From: Klebsormidium nitens | Taxonomy: Eukaryota; Plantae; Klebsormidiophyceae | DNA length: 64,000 bases | Direction: 5' to 3' | NCBI GenBank assembly: GCA_000708835.1 | Contig: DF237178.1 | Span: 70,120-134,119 of the forward strand | The notes under the pieces: generated by a model | Seen by the model: the letters and a program-made list of their open reading frames with translations, nothing else | Told to the model about the DNA's origin: nothing | The model's database searches: none | Made by a program: the position numbers and the translations under genes | Shown: positions 1 to 11,500 of the stretch, piece after piece | Position numbering within the stretch: position 1 is the stretch's first letter | Layout of the letters: every line of letters begins with the position of its first letter

Positions 1-133
1 AAAAGAGCAACAGTCGAAAGGTGGATCTTGCATTGTCCGAGAGGAAGGGAAGGTTGCTGTCTCTTCTCTTCTCCAGAGCCTGTGCCTAGCCTGAGGCTGT
101 GACTGTGATTCAATTCAGATCGAGCCAGCTAAA

Positions 134-2500
134 ATGAAGCCTTCAGGAGCTCGAGGGAGGAAAACCTCGAGGATAACCCCGATCTACCTTTTGTCCCTGC
201 TGTCGCTTGCAGCCTCTATAGCATATGCATTCATCGCAATCATGCACAGCTCGAGGACGCCAGTTGAAGAGAATCATTCGGATGCACTCTTTGGAGGCGT
301 TGTGAACGACGTGATCTCGACTGGGATGGGCTTGACGAAGACGGATTTTGAAAAAAAGCCTTTGACAGCTGCTCCTATTCGCATGGAAAGATTCAGGAAC
401 TCAGTCATTAGCTTCCTCCAATTGAATTCCACAACCGTGGAGTGGTTCCCGAAAGATAGCAGGAAGCATGTAAAGAGAGGTCTTCTTTCAGCAGCTACAA
501 GTCTGTGGTCTAAAGCTGATGGCCCTCAGGGAAGTCCATTCCTGATGGTCCATTTCGCTCATCATAAAACAGGAACTGCATGGTTCTCAAGAGTCTTCAG
601 GTGAGTAGCTTACAGCTCGTCATAATATTTTAGGTTTATTTTCATCATACTTATTCTTTCAAATCGATTCTGTTAGATCGTCAGATTGATTAATGTCAAT
701 CCAGCAGCAGACCTACTGTAGGCAGACTTTCTAAGTTTGATACCTTCATCTCCTTGCTTTTTGCAGTTTACACGCACTAAGGAGCAAGACGAGCTTTGCA
801 AAAGATTCTGAGGAATCGTGCCTGAAACCAAAGGTCAGGATGTGCCAGGTAAGATGTACGGAGAAAGAGGCAAGCAAAATGCAGGTTCTTTTTATCAACA
901 GCAGGCTCTTCAAAAAGAATCTCAGGGTATGCTTGAACGATTGTATTTTCTGTGAAGCACGAAGTACTTTACTACACGAAAAAATCAGCGATATAAATGA
1001 GGCCACTACTTTTATCCTGGGTTTTTCCATACTTGCAGCTCAACAATGCCGCACCTGGTGTGCTGCAAATGCTCTCTGGAAGACCATTTAGAGCCATCTT
1101 CACTGTCAGAGACCCAAGGGACGTTGTTGTATCAGGTAGGATATTTCCAACGCTACTCCAAAGGTACTATGCTTCACTGGATTGTGATGATCATGAATGC
1201 TGTTTTACGCTGCTTTGATGCGGTTCACTTAGCGACCCTTACGACCACGAAACATACAACGTAGAAAATACTGCAGCCCCGATTGTAGCCAGATTTGTTT
1301 GCTCATTTCTTTATGGACTTTCTTTGCAGCTTATTTCTACCATAAGAAGGGACTTGAACCATGGCTCTTGGAACCGCGAGAGGAATTCGAGGGGAAAACA
1401 ATCCATCAGGTGACAAGGAAGCTCCCCCTCGATGCACTTATCAAAATGTAAACGTACGGAACCCGTGTAACATTCAATGCCTTCAGATCCTTGTGCAAGA
1501 ACGGCGAACTTTGATTTTCATGTTACGTAAATCGGATGAGAAGCAGCCGCAGGAGTGGTGGAAGAGAGGGTCGCCGCACATAGCCGGCCTGATAAGACAG
1601 AGATTCCTGGGGAATTCATAACGCATCTGGTAATCCTTTTCTTTCCAGGTGCTCAACTCAGTTGGAAAGACCAAAGGAATGAATCTGGAAATTGACCTCT
1701 TGACGGGTGGAATGTGGGAGTCGGAACGCAAAGGTAGTGCTCTCCAACTTTTTCATTTACGTGTTTGCAAGCAGCAGTCCTCTCCTCTAAAATGCGTGCT
1801 GGTCTGATAGGGCATTCTCGTCAAAGTAAGTGTGCGGGTTGTGAAAGCCACTGCAGCTGACATGCATCACATAACGTTTTGCGACTCCTCCATTTTCAGG
1901 AGGATATGCAACGGCGCTTCGTGCATTCATGGCTGAGTATTCAAAAGATCCCAGAGTTGCATTCGTCCGTTACGAAGACATGTGGTATTGGGAGGACAGA
2001 CGGCTCGGACAGTCCTTTGCTGCCATTGGATCTTGGTGAGCAACACTACTCCTTCGCTTCTGCTCCTCATCTGTAACCTTCTGAATGAGTCGCCAGCTAC
2101 ACAATCACTGTTTCGGTGACCATTCTGGTGAACATTCTGATCTTGCAATGACCAGCTTAACTTGCAAAAGAGCACTTCGATCAGTAAAAGGTCTCAATCT
2201 TGTTGCCTGTCAGATGTTAGCGAAAGCATCCCACCTTTGTCCATCAGGTACGGCATCCCAGCTGGTCAGGAACTCAAAGACTTTGTCCAAGCGGCAATCA
2301 AGGTCGGCCAGGAGACTGCAGCTTACCGGACGCCTGCACGATCTACCCTGGTCAAGGAAGACAAGGGGAACCGTCACTTCCGGAAGGGCACACCAGGCGA
2401 CTGGAAGAACCACTTCAACTGGCAGAACAAAGCTTACTTCCGCACGAAGTTGGGGAACCTGCTGCAAGAGCTTGGCTACGAGTCTGACGATAGTTGGTGA
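134..2500 (+). CDS. Type II membrane (Golgi-type) sulfotransferase, ~399 aa, 7 exons
   Basis: Exons 134-600, 767-848, 1039-1135, 1330-1409, 1649-1733, 1900-2035, 2248-2500; all GT-AG and phase-consistent. N-terminal hydrophobic anchor (IYLLSLLSLAASIAYAFIAI), 5'-PAPS loop HHKTGT, 3'-PAPS motif RDPRDVVVSAYFY, YED motif, and C-terminal RKGTPGDWKNHF. Confidence 0.88.
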
Positions 2501-3694
2501 CGAGCTTCGTCCGAGATTTTTGTAGAAGTGGTGTTGAGTTGATAAGGCGTTTCAAATGCTCTGTAATGTAATTTACAGTCTGGCACTTATCCAGTTTGTC
2601 ACAAGCTTCAACGCTCTCGAGTTGACGAGCTTAACGCGCAGTTCTCTTGCAACTATGAACCAATTGCTGTTCGGCCTGTCGTCAAATGGTTTCATGCATC
2701 TAAGAATCGGGGCCGCCTGCACAAAAATCATCCATATGCGCCACCTCCTTCTCAACTCCTCAAGTTGGCCACTTGCTAGGATGCAATCCAACACATTCAG
2801 TGACCCAATTTACTGAGTGCTCGGCTCAAGATGCACATGCGACGTTTGTGTAAAAGCCATGCAGCCAGCCGTAGGGCGCAACAAATCGCATTGATCGTTG
2901 CGCTTATGAGACAGTTTTTCCATCATTCCACCACTTATGTTGCTTTGTTGAACGCATCACTCAGCTAGAAGCGCTGGTAGCTTTCGAGATTCCGACATAT
3001 GTGATTAACGCAGTTGTTGGCACGTATACAGGAAGAAAATCACTGCGATTGTTCAGAGTAAAGTGGCTTACTTCAAACTCGTCGATCCATGCTTCGGTAC
3101 GGGCTTTATAATGTGATGTATGTATGTATAATCTTCATGACATGTTTTTCAACCTCATGGCAGGCGGCTTTGCGCATCGGACATTGGTCAAAACATCCGT
3201 TCGAAAATCACCGGTTGATTCAAACATCGGGAAATTCTATGATCCAAAGCACTCGGCCCAGTTTATGGAAGCCTACACACAGTTAGATTTCTTCGACCGC
3301 AGTCTTCCGACCTGAAGTGTCAGCAGCTAAACGTACCTTGAAATACATGATGTTCCCTGCGTGTGGCTAAGGTTATCCGTGATTGTCGTTTGAGCTAATG
3401 CCTTGAAACCGAGGGTACCAATAAGAGATGAACTGGATCTGAGAGTTTTGGATTGCTAACCTCCTTCTAACCTCTTTTTCATACCTGAAGCGAACCGAGC
3501 TAGGAGAATGAGGCCTGCTCGCATACATACGGACGGCTTGACGGTTTCAGGCGTACCTCTGCACTTTTGTCTAGGTGGATATCGCTGAAAGACTTACCCG
3601 CTTACTACTACCTTTTTGTCACCAATCAATTGCTCAGCTCCTATGTACACACTGTCCGCTGATCCACGGGACGCACTAGCTTTACAGCACATTC

Positions 3695-6600
3695 TTATAT
3701 GGTCACAAGGCGTGCTTTCCAGTTCTCTTTGCACTCCTTCTCTATACGCTCGTTGGGGACCAGTTCCTCGTCCTCATCGTCGCAAGAGGTGCCCGGGAAG
3801 ATGTACCTGCACGCAGATGGAAAGAGCTGTTTGCCTCGTTGGGATTCTACTCAAGCAAAATCTCTGGCATCTTGTCGGACGGAACAAGCAGGTCCTACTA
3901 AATAGTATAGGTAGGAGGATGGCTTCCTTTCGAAAGGCCAAAAAAGTTTGAAAAGGAACCGTATCAGGCTCACAAGAGTTTCATGAAAAAAGCTGCTCAA
4001 AGAACAAGGTGTCCTGCAACAAACAGCCCTCCATGGGTCAAACGATTTCTTTGAAAAACGACCTGTCTTGTCGCAGCCCTGCTCACGTCCACTTCCTAGT
4101 CATTAGCCCACAGCTAGGAGCTGCTCTGTGTCGCATCAGGACGTCAAATGATCGACTCTGGTCACAACTTCGAATCATCAGATCTGCTTTCAAAATCTCA
4201 CCTCAGAGTCTGCGAGGGTATGTACCGGTCCAGTCCTTTGCTGTAGCTGCAAGAAGTGAAAATGGAATGCCGCAGCATTAGCTACTTGCCATGAAATACT
4301 GGTTCCAGCCTGCACGGCTGCTGGAAAGGGGAATCTTCGATAGTGCCTCGCAATCCTTAACCTTTGGAAGGAAGGGAAAGAGTGTAAAGATGCTGTTCCG
4401 AGCATTAAGGCCCTGCAAGGTAATTTGGGGTTCTCCTTGGAGAAGCTGACTACCCGCAAGCGAGCCGCACAACGCTGTGCACAATCGAACAGGCTCTGAC
4501 AACGACTGTCTTTTGGAAATCACCAAAAGGAAAGTCCGAAGTCAAAGCGGGATTCTCAACATGATTCAGCCGTGGCTTTCCAAGCCGAATGCAGGACTCT
4601 GGTTCCGATCTGCAGAACTCAGTGCGCTCCCTACAGAACTCGTAAAGAAGAGCGCCGGCTCTTAAAGACAGATGACATCAATGGTGCGCCTCTGGTGTAC
4701 CCGTGAAGAAAGAGCTGATACTAGTAACTCTTGTGTGCCCTAACAGCTGTGTGCCCTAAGGTTTGCAGACCCCGAGCACCCAAACTAAAAACCCTACGCC
4801 AAAAGCTTTCGCGCTCCGCACCCTAACCCACCCTAACCACCAAGCCAACCTAACCCGTTCCTTGGGCGCCTATCTTAAGGCACACCGCGGTTAAGGCACA
4901 CTAGAATTACCGGAGTAAAGAGCTGCTCACCCTTTCGGGAAGAGCCGCGACTGGGAGCGGCTGTAGATCTGCACCAGGGGCATTTCCACAATGTTGTCCT
5001 GCGCTACATACCTGCAGAACACAAATCGACATAGAATTCAACCGAAACCGTCAAGCAAATTTGGCGTTTTGAGGTCAATTTGAATTTTGAGTGTTTTCGG
5101 GGCTAGTGTCTATCCTCGCGCTTCTTTCATCTCCATGCTAACTGCGAAGTCGGCGTAGGCTTTCTGTGCTATACAAAACAATCCCTTTACCATCGAGCTA
5201 ACTAGGATGCCAGGTCAGTGGGTTGCTTCCAGCCTTGTTGCGTGCCGATCGAGCCGATCGTACGCTGCGTGGCCACTTCTAGTGAACAGCAAGCTTAGTG
5301 TACAGTAAGCGTTTTGGGGTTACTAAAAACCCCTAACCCAAAAGATCACCCGCTGAGAAACCCGGACCCACCATAACCCCCTCACTAACCGTACCCGTCT
5401 CCGTTACTGTTCACTAGCTGTTACTGTTCACTACATCGATCGGCATCCACTTAACGTGATGAGACTACACAATCTGGCAGCTTGACGTGCCATGTGTCTT
5501 CGCCACGATACGCTCGAATAAAAAGGACCAACGGCACAGCGTGTCTAAGATCTTCAAGGAGCTTTACTGAGTAGCTACGAACACAGCACTCGATCATGGA
5601 AAGCGAATTTGGCAATACGGGGACGCTTCGAGCAGCGGCCTTGTAATTCACCGAGAGAAACTCCGAAAAGCAGCCTGCCGGCACAAGCTGTTGCATAGCC
5701 ACCATGTGGATATGAGCAGATCGTCTGCGACTGTTTCTGTGGGATTCGTCAGCGACAAGCTCAAGCGGCAGGGTCATTGCGGCGAGTGACCACGTGCAAC
5801 TCACATCTCATTTCTTGGCTGCCCATCCGACTCGTCTGGTAGCACGTGGTAGAACACCTGGTTCGCTCCTGCACCCACGTCAAGAGAACACTCGGAATTA
5901 GTCTATGCTTCTTTTCCTTGGGACCGCTCTTGTTGAAAGCCCCTAGCCACCGATGTGCCCCTAGCCACTTCTCTGCTTTGTTTCATGCAACAGGAGATGT
6001 CGTTTCTAAGATGCAAAGATTCGATCCACAATTCGTGCAGCCTCCCTCACTATCCCCTTCAATCGTAGTCAGACCATTGCATAAGTTCGTTGCGATTTGG
6101 CGCTTTCCTGAAATAAGTGTCATATCGCCTTCCCGAAATGATGACGAGTCAAGCTGAAAGTTTGAGCTCAAGGTGCGGCAAAATGCTAAACTCTTCAAGC
6201 AACCTCGAATTCGTTTACGATCTCATCCCCTGACTGCGCAACAAGAAGCAGGTCTTTCCCCAGATCAAATCAGACCGAGCAATACTTTTGGGCAAGCTCA
6301 GTTGGCCACAGCACAGAAACTGCAAGACAAGGAACCCCGAAAAGGGCTCGAACCAAGAAAGTCTCATGAAGGCATTCCGATGCTAACTTTACTAGAGCAT
6401 AAAGACGAGAGCCGCACCATGTTCCAAATCATCCACGCGGTTCTTCTCCACCCAGCTCTTGGGTCTCTGGCAGGTTGGGTCCCAGCCGAATATGAGGCCC
6501 TTGTACCCGTAACGCCGGTGCTGGATCACCGTACCAACCTGGTGCCTTGCTACCGAGCTGTCTAACCGTTCTTCCCGCCTGCAGATACAGGAAAGGGATG

Positions 6601-7870
6601 AGCCTGATAGAAAACCCAGTTGTCTCTTTTGAATAAGTGGCGACGAACCAAAGGTAGTTGTGTTGAGTATCCCTTTTAGAGAGAAGAAAAAAGGCATTGG
6701 GGTCATGGCCAGCACCTGCTGCCATTTTACACGAGACGCAAGAACCTGGAAGAACCTAGAAGGCCGGCATACGACGGGCCTGTGAATGACGCGAAGCAAA
6801 CGAGAGAAACTTGCACAACACGACACACGCAGCGCTTTTCTCCAAGCAGAAGTGCCTCTTACTGCTTTTTACATACAAGACACACTACAGTGTCCACAGG
6901 GGCATGAAACTCACAGCGAAACAACCGCCCGAAGGGCGTTGAAGACACGCAAGGCCTCCAGGCCCCGGTCAATTGCAGTTACTATGGTGGGGCTGCCGGC
7001 CGGCAGGTCCTGAGACTGCCGGAAACTCGAGCGGATAAGATCCATGGCTCCTGCATCATACCAACTAAGAAGCAGATTAAAATACGTCGTAGAAAACTCT
7101 CACTTCATAATCCTCTAGGATCAATAAGAAAGTTCAAGTTACATCAAACTGAAGCTCACAATAAAAACTTAAACCCAAACATCTGTCCGCTCCGCACCCA
7201 TGCCCACGCTTAATCCCTCTGATAACCGGCCCGTAACTTTATTCGAGCTTCTCAAAAGCAATCCAAAGACCAGTTCTCAAAGCCCCTCTAAGGATATGGT
7301 GCAAGCTACATGCCCAGCTTTGAAGAATGTGTCCAAAGAGAAGCAAGTGAAAAACTAGAACCAAGTCGATGGCAGGCTAGCGCACCAAGTTGTGTCGTCG
7401 ACGATGCTTTGCTTTGGTCCAGCCAAATACACAGAACTGCCCTGATTGATAGGGCATCACTAGGCAATTACTGCCTCACCTTTTGCGTCCGCGGTGGCAA
7501 ATTTGGCGCAGTGACCAACGTCGTTGACGCCGCACAGAGTCGCTGTGACAAGCAAACAGCGCCAGTCAGGCGCTCAACTCCTGTAAGCACGTTGACTCGC
7601 TTTCCAGCAGCAAATCAGGAGTTGACCTTCTCAGAGGCAGGGACAGGAACTTCGGCAGAAGGTCTCAGCTGTAACACATAGTGCGCCCTTGCAGGGGTCT
7701 CGGGAATTATTCAAGACTATAGCAAAATGCTGAGAATGTTGTAAGATTGTCTCACCTTTGAATGAAGGGGGGACAACATGGGTCCATGCATGCCGCAGCG
7801 ATGCGGACTTTGTGTATGCGAGCAAACTTCGATACAGACCCAGCACCACCGACCGCTCAGACATGGCCAT
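3695..7870 (-). CDS. LYR-motif (Complex1_LYR-like) plus YccV/HspQ-like 'hemimethylated DNA-binding' domain protein
   Basis: Approximate exons 7870-7756, 7580-7480 (acceptor uncertain), ~7009-6917, 6578-6417, ~5869-5806, ~5011-4931, 3806-3695. N-terminus VVLGLYRSLL...IDRGLEALR. YccV signatures HQVGTVIQHRRYGYKGLIFGWD, QVFYHVLPD, YVAQDNI and LVPNE. Confidence 0.75.
4723..4911. mobile_element. MITE-like element, family A, copy 1 (intronic)
   Basis: Imperfect ~38-bp TIRs (agtaactcttgtgtgccctaacagctgtgtgccctaag vs reverse complement of cttaaggcacaccgcggttaaggcacactagaattacc). No ORF. Related copy at 58913-59135. TSD not resolved. Confidence 0.75.
5280..5433. mobile_element. MITE-like element, family B, copy 1 (intronic)
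   Basis: Doubled terminal inverted unit tagtgaacag(c/t)aa at both ends, bounded by TA. Core actaaaaacccctaacccaaaagatcacccg is shared with 22152-22278. Confidence 0.65.
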
Positions 7871-8547
7871 TTCAAAACCCTTGCTCAGCCACAGCTCCAA
7901 AGCTCCCAGCTCCCAAGCTCAATGAGTCAAGCTCTGAGCTGCTTCCCTTGCCTTTGATAGAGATGTTGCGCTTGTCGCCAATTCTCTCGCTTGGCCCCAA
8001 TGCTGCATGCTGTGCAAGAGAAACGTTTTCAAGACATGAGAAAATGTGGTTCACTAGTTTCGACAGTCCTCTTATGGCGTGAGCCATCCATCAACATATA
8101 AACTTAGTAGTGTCTTAATATTTGCGCAATATTATGCATATAATAAGCATCAGGACTCAGGAGGCGAGTCGCAAGTTGCAACCTCGAGTTATCAGCCTTC
8201 ACATGACTGATACCTATCTCTGCCTCTAACGCAACGTCGTATATCAGAGTTTTTCCGACCTACAGGCTCTGGAAAAACGGCCTGATATCTCCACTTCTCG
8301 TTAGAGCAATCCCCCTTGGTTCGGCTCCACTTTTGTGCAAGCTGCAAGATTCAAAAAGAAGAGAATGTGCAAGCCGGAACTTGCACCAGCTTGAAGTTGC
8401 AGAACATGCTGCGACACTAAATTGACTAATTGAGCAGGTTCTGAAGCCTCTTACAGATTCCAAAGCATAGGAGCGATTGGCGCAAAGTCCTTGTTACATC
8501 AAACCCAAGCTCATTTGGTGCAGCTGTGTTTCTTAGCACGTTTAGCC

Positions 8548-11500
8548 ATGGCGTTAGTTAATGCGGTGCGCCATCCCCTTCGTTTCAGAACCACATGTTT
8601 CAGCTGCACAATTCGTGGAGCACATGAGGTAGAGTTCCTTCCAAGTGTCAGAATTGGCAGACGCCTGCGTGAGCATAACCGATTGACACCACCACCTTGG
8701 CCTTGCTCGGCCCGCCTCTTCTCCACCTTTCCAAAGCTCGAACAGACAAGGCAAAGCAAGAAAGACATTTGCAGAGGCGCAGCGATTGCAAGGGCTGCAA
8801 CAAAAACGGCGCAGAAGACAGAAACAGCAGAAACTGCGAAAGAAGGTGAAGTGGCGTCATGCAGGGATGCATTAGCGGATTAAAATTGCTGGTTGGTCAT
8901 TTAACAAGGAGAAGACAGACTCTATCAACTTACTGGTGTGTTGTCATGAATGCTCGCCATACATATGATTTAGACGTTGGCAGCTCAGGGTCATTTTAAT
9001 GATTTGAGGCCAGAGCCAGCAAGAAGTTTTCTTTGAGTGCAGGTGAAAGACAAATTGGTGCGATCATTCAATGAGTGCATTTATCATTTAGCCTCTCTAC
9101 AACAAACCCCTTGGTGCTAAAGTTGATTCACTAAGCTGCTTCAGATGAGTGTTGAATGGGTACCTTACAAAACAGTGCCCATCAAAAACCCTTTCAATGT
9201 ACTCAACTTGTATCTCAAATAGACATCAAACAGATTGACTTGATGACAATGTAGTTTTGACGTCCTGACTTCTTTTTGGAATACCCGAAAAGGCTCTCGA
9301 TGCATCCACTTGGACGTCCGCTTGGGATGCCCAAGTCAAATGTGGCCCAATCTCAAGTCGTAACTAAAGCTTAGTTTGAAGCAATATGCTGCCCCGTCGC
9401 TCTGCATTCTTAAGGACAGCTCCTCTTCCTGTTTCTTTTCTTTTGTTTCTATAGTCCTCTCTTAATTCTCTCTCTATCCCTTTCCTATGCAGCTCACAAA
9501 CTCACGCCCCTTCCACCAAAGTCACCGCTTACACAACTTATTCTCTTTGCTTTCTCAAGACGTTCTGCAGATTTTCTATGTACAACCCGTCTTCCTTGTT
9601 AACAACGCGCAAAGCAGGTGTCTTCAGCCAGGTGCTCAGCTTCAAAAGTCCAATCCAATAAGTAATACAATTGGACCGCCGAAGTCCTTCTGTTTGGAAA
9701 AGGGAATACAAGGGATACAAGAAGAATGGCCTCCTTCTGATTCCAGATGCTGGTTGCTTGACCGAAGACGACGAAGCCGAGCCTCAAGATGGCAATGGAG
9801 CCAGCCTACAAGTTGAAGACGTCGAGTTGCCCCCAGAAAACGACTCTGATACCGCGGCAGTCAGCTTCACAGTTGTGGGAGCGACAGGCCACCTTGCAAC
9901 CCAGGAAATCTTTCCAGCTCTCTTTGCCCTCTACTACAAGGGCTGCTTGCCCAAGGTTGGTTTCTGATCCTGGCTGCAAGGCTCTGGTTCTGACTGGATA
10001 CTCCCTAGCTGGAAGTGAAATCTTTGTAGGCATCCTTTGGTTGTACTTGAGGTTGAGCAACTGAGAATTGGTCAATCAGGAGGGAAATCCTGAAGGTCTA
10101 GATTCGAAGTGTCATTGTTGCGCTTTTGGTTGTCGGTTGGTTGCTGGTGACATGCCACAGTCGCTGGTCAGATGTGTCAGCTGACTTTGGAAGAAGCTGA
10201 GAAAAAGCTTAGAAGATTCGATGATAGACAATGCATTTGACGTCGCACACGTTTCAACGCTCTATGTGCACTTAACTCATCTATGTAAAGAGATGAGTCC
10301 AAATGCTTCTTGAGAACAACTTCTGACTGACACACCCTTGTCTCAATGTGCAGAACTTCTTCATTTTCGGCTATGCTCGAAGCGAAAGCAACGACAAGCA
10401 GTTCCGTGAGCTCATTCTGACCAACCTGAACTGCCGGCTGAGCGCAGGGTGAGCTCCGACTCTATCGCTTCCCTTCCCACTCAGCTGGTTCTTTTTCAAG
10501 CTGCTGAAGCCAACGTTAAGTGGTGGGCTTCTTGGAGACAAGCTGAGATTTTATCACCTTTTCTTTCTTGCCCACTTTCTCCTTTGACCAAACCAGATGA
10601 ACCTGTCAGAATCATCGAAACCGGGTGCCCCCAGCCACCTCTCAAAGCCCTTTTTCCCAAAACGTCAGACTGTACTTCACTCTGACCTAGTTCCTAACCT
10701 TCTTTTGGAACGTAGTGGCCCCAGCAGACTGCTCCGAAACATAACCATCCCAATCACCAACCCATTCCGCCTAACCATGTGACTAACCCATGCTTTCAGG
10801 ACCAAGTGCCCCCAGCAGATGGACAGCTTCCTCAAGCGCTGCTTCTACGAGCAAGGCTACTACGACACGTGCACCGGCATGGCCAAGCTCGACAAGCGCA
10901 TGAAACAGCTCGAGGGAGAGCGCGTCGGCAACCGGGTCTTCTATCTTTCCGTGCCCCCGGACGTGGTCGTGGATGTCGCCACGTGTCTGAGCGTGACGGC
11001 GCCGAGCCGCACGGGGTGGACACGTGTCATTGTGGAGAAACCGTTTGGGGCGAGCGGGGATTCCTCCAAGGCCATCACGCAGGGGCTGCAGGAGGCCCTG
11101 TCCGAGGAGCAGATCTACAGGTGGGCTGCTAGTGAACACAGGGAACGGACCGTTGTTGGAGCGACAGGGCCTCCGAGTCAGTGGTCTGTCTAAAGGCGCC
11201 GCTCTGGTCGGATTGTTGGACTTTACTTACAGTATTTGTTGCTTTTTCTTTCCAACTGAGACAGTGTCCGTTAAATGATGCCACACTGCGCAAGGAGTTC
11301 AAAGTACAGAAGAAGGTCTGTCTCCACCTTGTAGATACCTGTGGTGAGAATCTGAACCGCGCCAAGAGTGCGACTCGGACGTCACCTGCTTTTCGTTAAC
11401 CCACGGTTTGATTTCATTCACAGTCTGGACTGCCCTGCAGGATTGATCACTTCCTAGGCAAGGAGCTGATCGACAATCTGACGGTGCTGCGCTTTGCGAA

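Noticed and set aside
2930-3315. Short plus-strand ORFs between convergent genes
   Set aside because: No recognisable domain; consistent with UTR or intergenic sequence.
4820-4856. CCCTAA-like telomeric motifs (also 5330-5340, 14707-14730, 22190-22250)
   Set aside because: Only 1-3 degenerate units, explained by MITE cores or branch-point-like sequence; not an interstitial telomere array.
5451-5804. 117-aa minus-strand ORF
   Set aside because: Lies in an intron of the LYR-YccV gene; no motif or splice support.
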